This document shows, piece after piece, positions 61,280 through 64,000 of a stretch of DNA of 64,000 nucleotides (position 1 is the stretch's first letter; every line of letters starts with the position of its first letter). The stretch comes from Torpedo marmorata (taxonomy: Eukaryota): contig OZ360239.1 of NCBI GenBank assembly GCA_977017645.1, forward strand, positions 42,904,001 to 42,968,000, read 5' to 3'. The notes beneath the pieces were generated by a model, which did no database searches, was not told the DNA's origin, and saw nothing but the letters and a program-made list of their open reading frames with translations. The translations under genes were made by a program, and so were the position numbers.

Positions 61280-61716
61280 AATCGTCTGGGATTATACTCG
61301 CTCGAGTTCAGAAGAATGAGAGGAGATCTTATAGAAACATATAGAATTATGAAGGGGATGGATAGGATAGAGGTAGGAAGGTTTTTTTCACTGGCGGGTG
61401 AGACCAAAACTAGGGGACACAGCCTCAAGATTCGGGGGAGTAGATTTAGGACAGAGATGAGGAAAAACAGTTTTTCCCAGAGAGTGGTGAATTTGTGGAA
61501 TTCTCTACCCAGGGAAGCGGTTGAGACTGCTTCATTGAACATATTTAAGGTTCAGTTGGATAGATTTTTACATAAAAAAAGAATTAGGGGATATGGGGAA
61601 AGGGCAGGTAGGTGGAGTTAGGTCATTGATCAGATCAGCCATGATCTTATTGAGTGGCGGAGCAGGCTCGATGAGCCGGTTGGCCTACTTCTGTTCCTAA
61701 TTTCTTATGTTCTTAT
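61280..61716 (+). mobile_element. CR1 LINE 3' fragment
   Basis: MRGDLIETYRI..FSQRVVNLWNSLP; (ttcttatg)n tail. Confidence 0.88.
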
Positions 61717-62499
61717 GAGGACTGACAGAGCCATCACAGTTCACCAATGGAATATTAGTGTGGTCCTTCATCAAGGAGAAAGCACACAAATCGCATCACT
61801 TACTGCACACATTAAATTTGCCCACTGTGAAAGTCAACCAAGGGAGATTCAATGCCATATACGATCACAAGTGGATTTTGGGCAAAGCTGGGATGGATGA
61901 CCAGTGATAACAGAACACTCTGCAGGACTTAGTTCATTCCCAATTTTAAAGTTACATGTTCTGCCCGTTCAATATAAAATACTGTGGATATTTTTGACCA
62001 GGAGGGATATCTATCAAGTGCAAGCAACAGAGTTGTAGTTTGATTTGAACATCATATTTAGGGCAGATTCACCCTAGCTGTATTGTTCTATGTCCTTTGT
62101 CCTCTGCTCTACCTTGATAGTTAAATTCACATGGCAGGCTAACATCTGTACTGTTAATTGGAGCATAGGAGCTTCCCAACTGTACCATGGAGAAACTGGA
62201 CATCAGTAAATTGAAGCACAAGAGCATCATCATTAGTGGGGTGGATAATTATAGGATGAGCAGCTTACAAAGGCATTTTTCATTCTGAATGTGGACATAG
62301 GAATTGACGATGAGTAGTTCTGATCAAACATCACTAACCTGAAAGGTTAAATCCATTTCTCTCTAAACCGGTCGGTGCCTCCTGACATGCTGAAAATTTC
62401 AGTACTATTTTTTCTTTGTTTTTATTTCAGATTTCCATCATCTGGGGTACTTGATCTTGGAGAGCATCAACTGGATTCTGAGATCCATGCAATCTGAAG

Positions 62500-63011
62500 A
62501 AGAGGAAGAAGATTAATTAATTTATTGTCATAGTAATAAGACAGTGTCATATTCCATGAAATTTCTTTTTGCCTGCTGCAAGGCAGACAGATTCGCCACC
62601 GGCAGAAATTGCCTAAGCGCCTCTAACATTCCTTACAGTCAGAGAAAGAGAAGCAAAAGAGAGTCCCACCCAGAGTCACCGAGTGTCCATAGATTCGCCT
62701 CCAGCACTTCCGCAGCCTCCGCAGCCACACAGAGTCCAGTCCAAACCATCGGCAACCCGAGCTCCAGATCCGAACCTCCGACACGGTCAGGGCGCCCTCG
62801 GCACTCCCTCGCATCCCGGTTCCGATACCTGGTACTCCTCCAGCCAGTTCGAGCCAGCCTCCAGCAGTCCGCAGCCCGGCGTGAGTCCCCCGACAGCAGT
62901 CTCCAGCAGCCACATCCTCCACGGGTTCCTCGCTTCGAGTCGCCAGCAGCCTGCCGCATGCACTGGTCCTTCAGCCTCAGAGCCCCTCACCGGTCCGCCA
63001 CTGTGGTCACC
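62500..63011 (-). mobile_element. Non-autonomous retroposon with Rex-type 3' end and GC-rich non-coding body
   Basis: 8-bp direct repeat atctgaag at 62492-62499 and 63012-63019; aaatttcatg..atgacaataaa 3' end and (ttc)n tail. Confidence 0.65.
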
Positions 63012-63195
63012 ATCTGAAGGCAGGAGAGAACATGGCAGGGAGATGAATCCCAGGTTAATCCCTGAGGACCTGAATATAATGCTACAAAAAGTTCAGTAAA
63101 CTGACAGACAAGGTGAAATTTTGAGATTACATCTTCAAATGCAGCACTAGCCTAAATACTGCTTACTTCACTAAACCCCAATGTACCACACTCAC

Positions 63196-63329
63196 CTTCT
63201 AGCTGAAACACTGTTAACACTTGAAAATCTAGCATGGAACTCCTTCTACTCTGTTGATGAAAGGCCTTATACTTTCTACCAAGTGTGAAGAAGGGAATTA
63301 GACCATTGTGTACTTTAATGAACATTATC
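63196..63329 (-). pseudogene. Candidate exon, 134 nt, IMFIKVHNGLIPFFTLGRKYKAFHQQSRRSSMLDFQVLTVFQLE (phase 2-1), open
   Basis: Acceptor ttgttacttcttgcag, donor AAG|gtgagt; 44 open codons. Confidence 0.7.
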
Positions 63330-63411
63330 CTGCAAGAAGTAACAATTGGAAAGGTAATTTATTACTGTCAGCACATTTGGCTCAGGGAAGGAAGTAGAAA
63401 ATGATTGCTTC

Positions 63412-63577
63412 ATGAGAGGTTATTGTCATGCATATTACCACAATGTACAGATGCACCAAAATTCTTACTTGCTGCAGCTAAACAGGCAAATAAGGTACAC
63501 CAACTACAAAATCTATAAATTAAATTACAACAAAATGCCAAGACAAAAATAGATAACAAATATAAAAGGATAGATAG
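63412..63577 (-). mobile_element. Rex-type LINE 3' end, cut by the LTR element at 63578
   Basis: Reverse of gctgcagcaagtaagaattt..atgacaataa; similar to 3395-3495. Confidence 0.55.
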
Positions 63578-64000
63578 TGTAGCGGCCTGCGACCTACTCC
63601 GCAGGCCGACACAGGGAGCCGTGGTCGAACACGGCGATCGCGCAGGCGGCACGTGATTCGGACGACCTGTTCCCATAGGCCACAACGGCAAGGAGGGAAC
63701 AGGCCAATCCCTAAGGATGGATCGTGGCCCGACCAATCCTGGGCATTGCGCCTTAGGCCACGCCCCATCAGTGACGCAGCAGCCAGGCTCGGCCCGCCTA
63801 TAAAAGGCAGAGCCGACGGCAGAATAGGCAGTTCTGTCTTGGCGCTCAGAGGGTGTGCATCTCCTCTTGAGCTCCAGAACTAGAGCGACGAATGACTCAA
63901 CGCGCAGAGCTATAACCGTAGCGACGCACTACAGTGGTGACCCCGACTGGTCCAAATGGTGATTTAGACCTGAAGATGGAACAGCCTTCAATCAACGTGG
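63578..64000 (+). mobile_element. 5' LTR, PBS and gag start of an LTR retrotransposon (probably Gypsy) running out of the window
   Basis: tgtag...ctaca LTR 63578-63933 with ctataaaa; tRNA-Trp-type PBS tggtgaccccgac 63935-63947; ATG at 63976 (MEQPSINV). Confidence 0.8.

Larger units (their letters stand above)
126..63329 (-). pseudogene. Probable degraded multi-exon protein-coding gene spanning the window (about 16 short exons, product unidentified: Cys-rich segment followed by two hydrophobic stretches)
   Basis: AG...GT-bounded minus-strand segments located only in TE-free islands; phases chain from 45550 down to 126 if one frameshift is allowed; 5 in-frame stops. Exons listed separately. 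Confidence 0.6.

Noticed and set aside
61804-61887. Extra minus-strand exon (catcccag...gtaagt)
   Set aside because: Stops in all three frames and ambiguous phase; possible but unsupported.
62544-63099. Six overlapping ORFs
   Set aside because: GC-rich retroposon body, no protein motifs.

Overview
Eukaryotic, repeat-dense vertebrate DNA. The repeat set (tRNA-headed V-SINE/HE1-like SINEs, CR1 with an esterase ORF1, Rex1/Babar, fish-type L1, Penelope) suggests a cartilaginous fish, probably a ray; this is an inference. Roughly two thirds of the window is transposable elements, many nested and with recoverable target-site duplications (TSDs). These include a 19-kb stack inside a twin-primed, 5'-inverted L1 (two Tigger/pogo MITEs, a near full-length CR1, an RT-less BEL/Pao, a full-length Rex1, a compound hAT MITE); a Mag-like Gypsy; a very young Gmr1-like Gypsy (PR-IN-RH order) lacking the RT core; a full-length L1; and a Penelope deletion derivative with a hammerhead-ribozyme motif. 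In the TE-free islands I found by eye about 16 short minus-strand exons, none recovered as a gene by the ORF track. Fifteen of them join in compatible phase once one frameshift is allowed, giving an unidentified Cys-rich protein with two hydrophobic segments and five premature stops, i.e. a probable decayed multi-exon gene. Two LINE ORFs carry the same TA-CCGG-TA insertion, a likely excision scar of a DNA transposon absent from the window. All calls are by eye without database searches; family names are motif-based and boundaries without TSDs are approximate.
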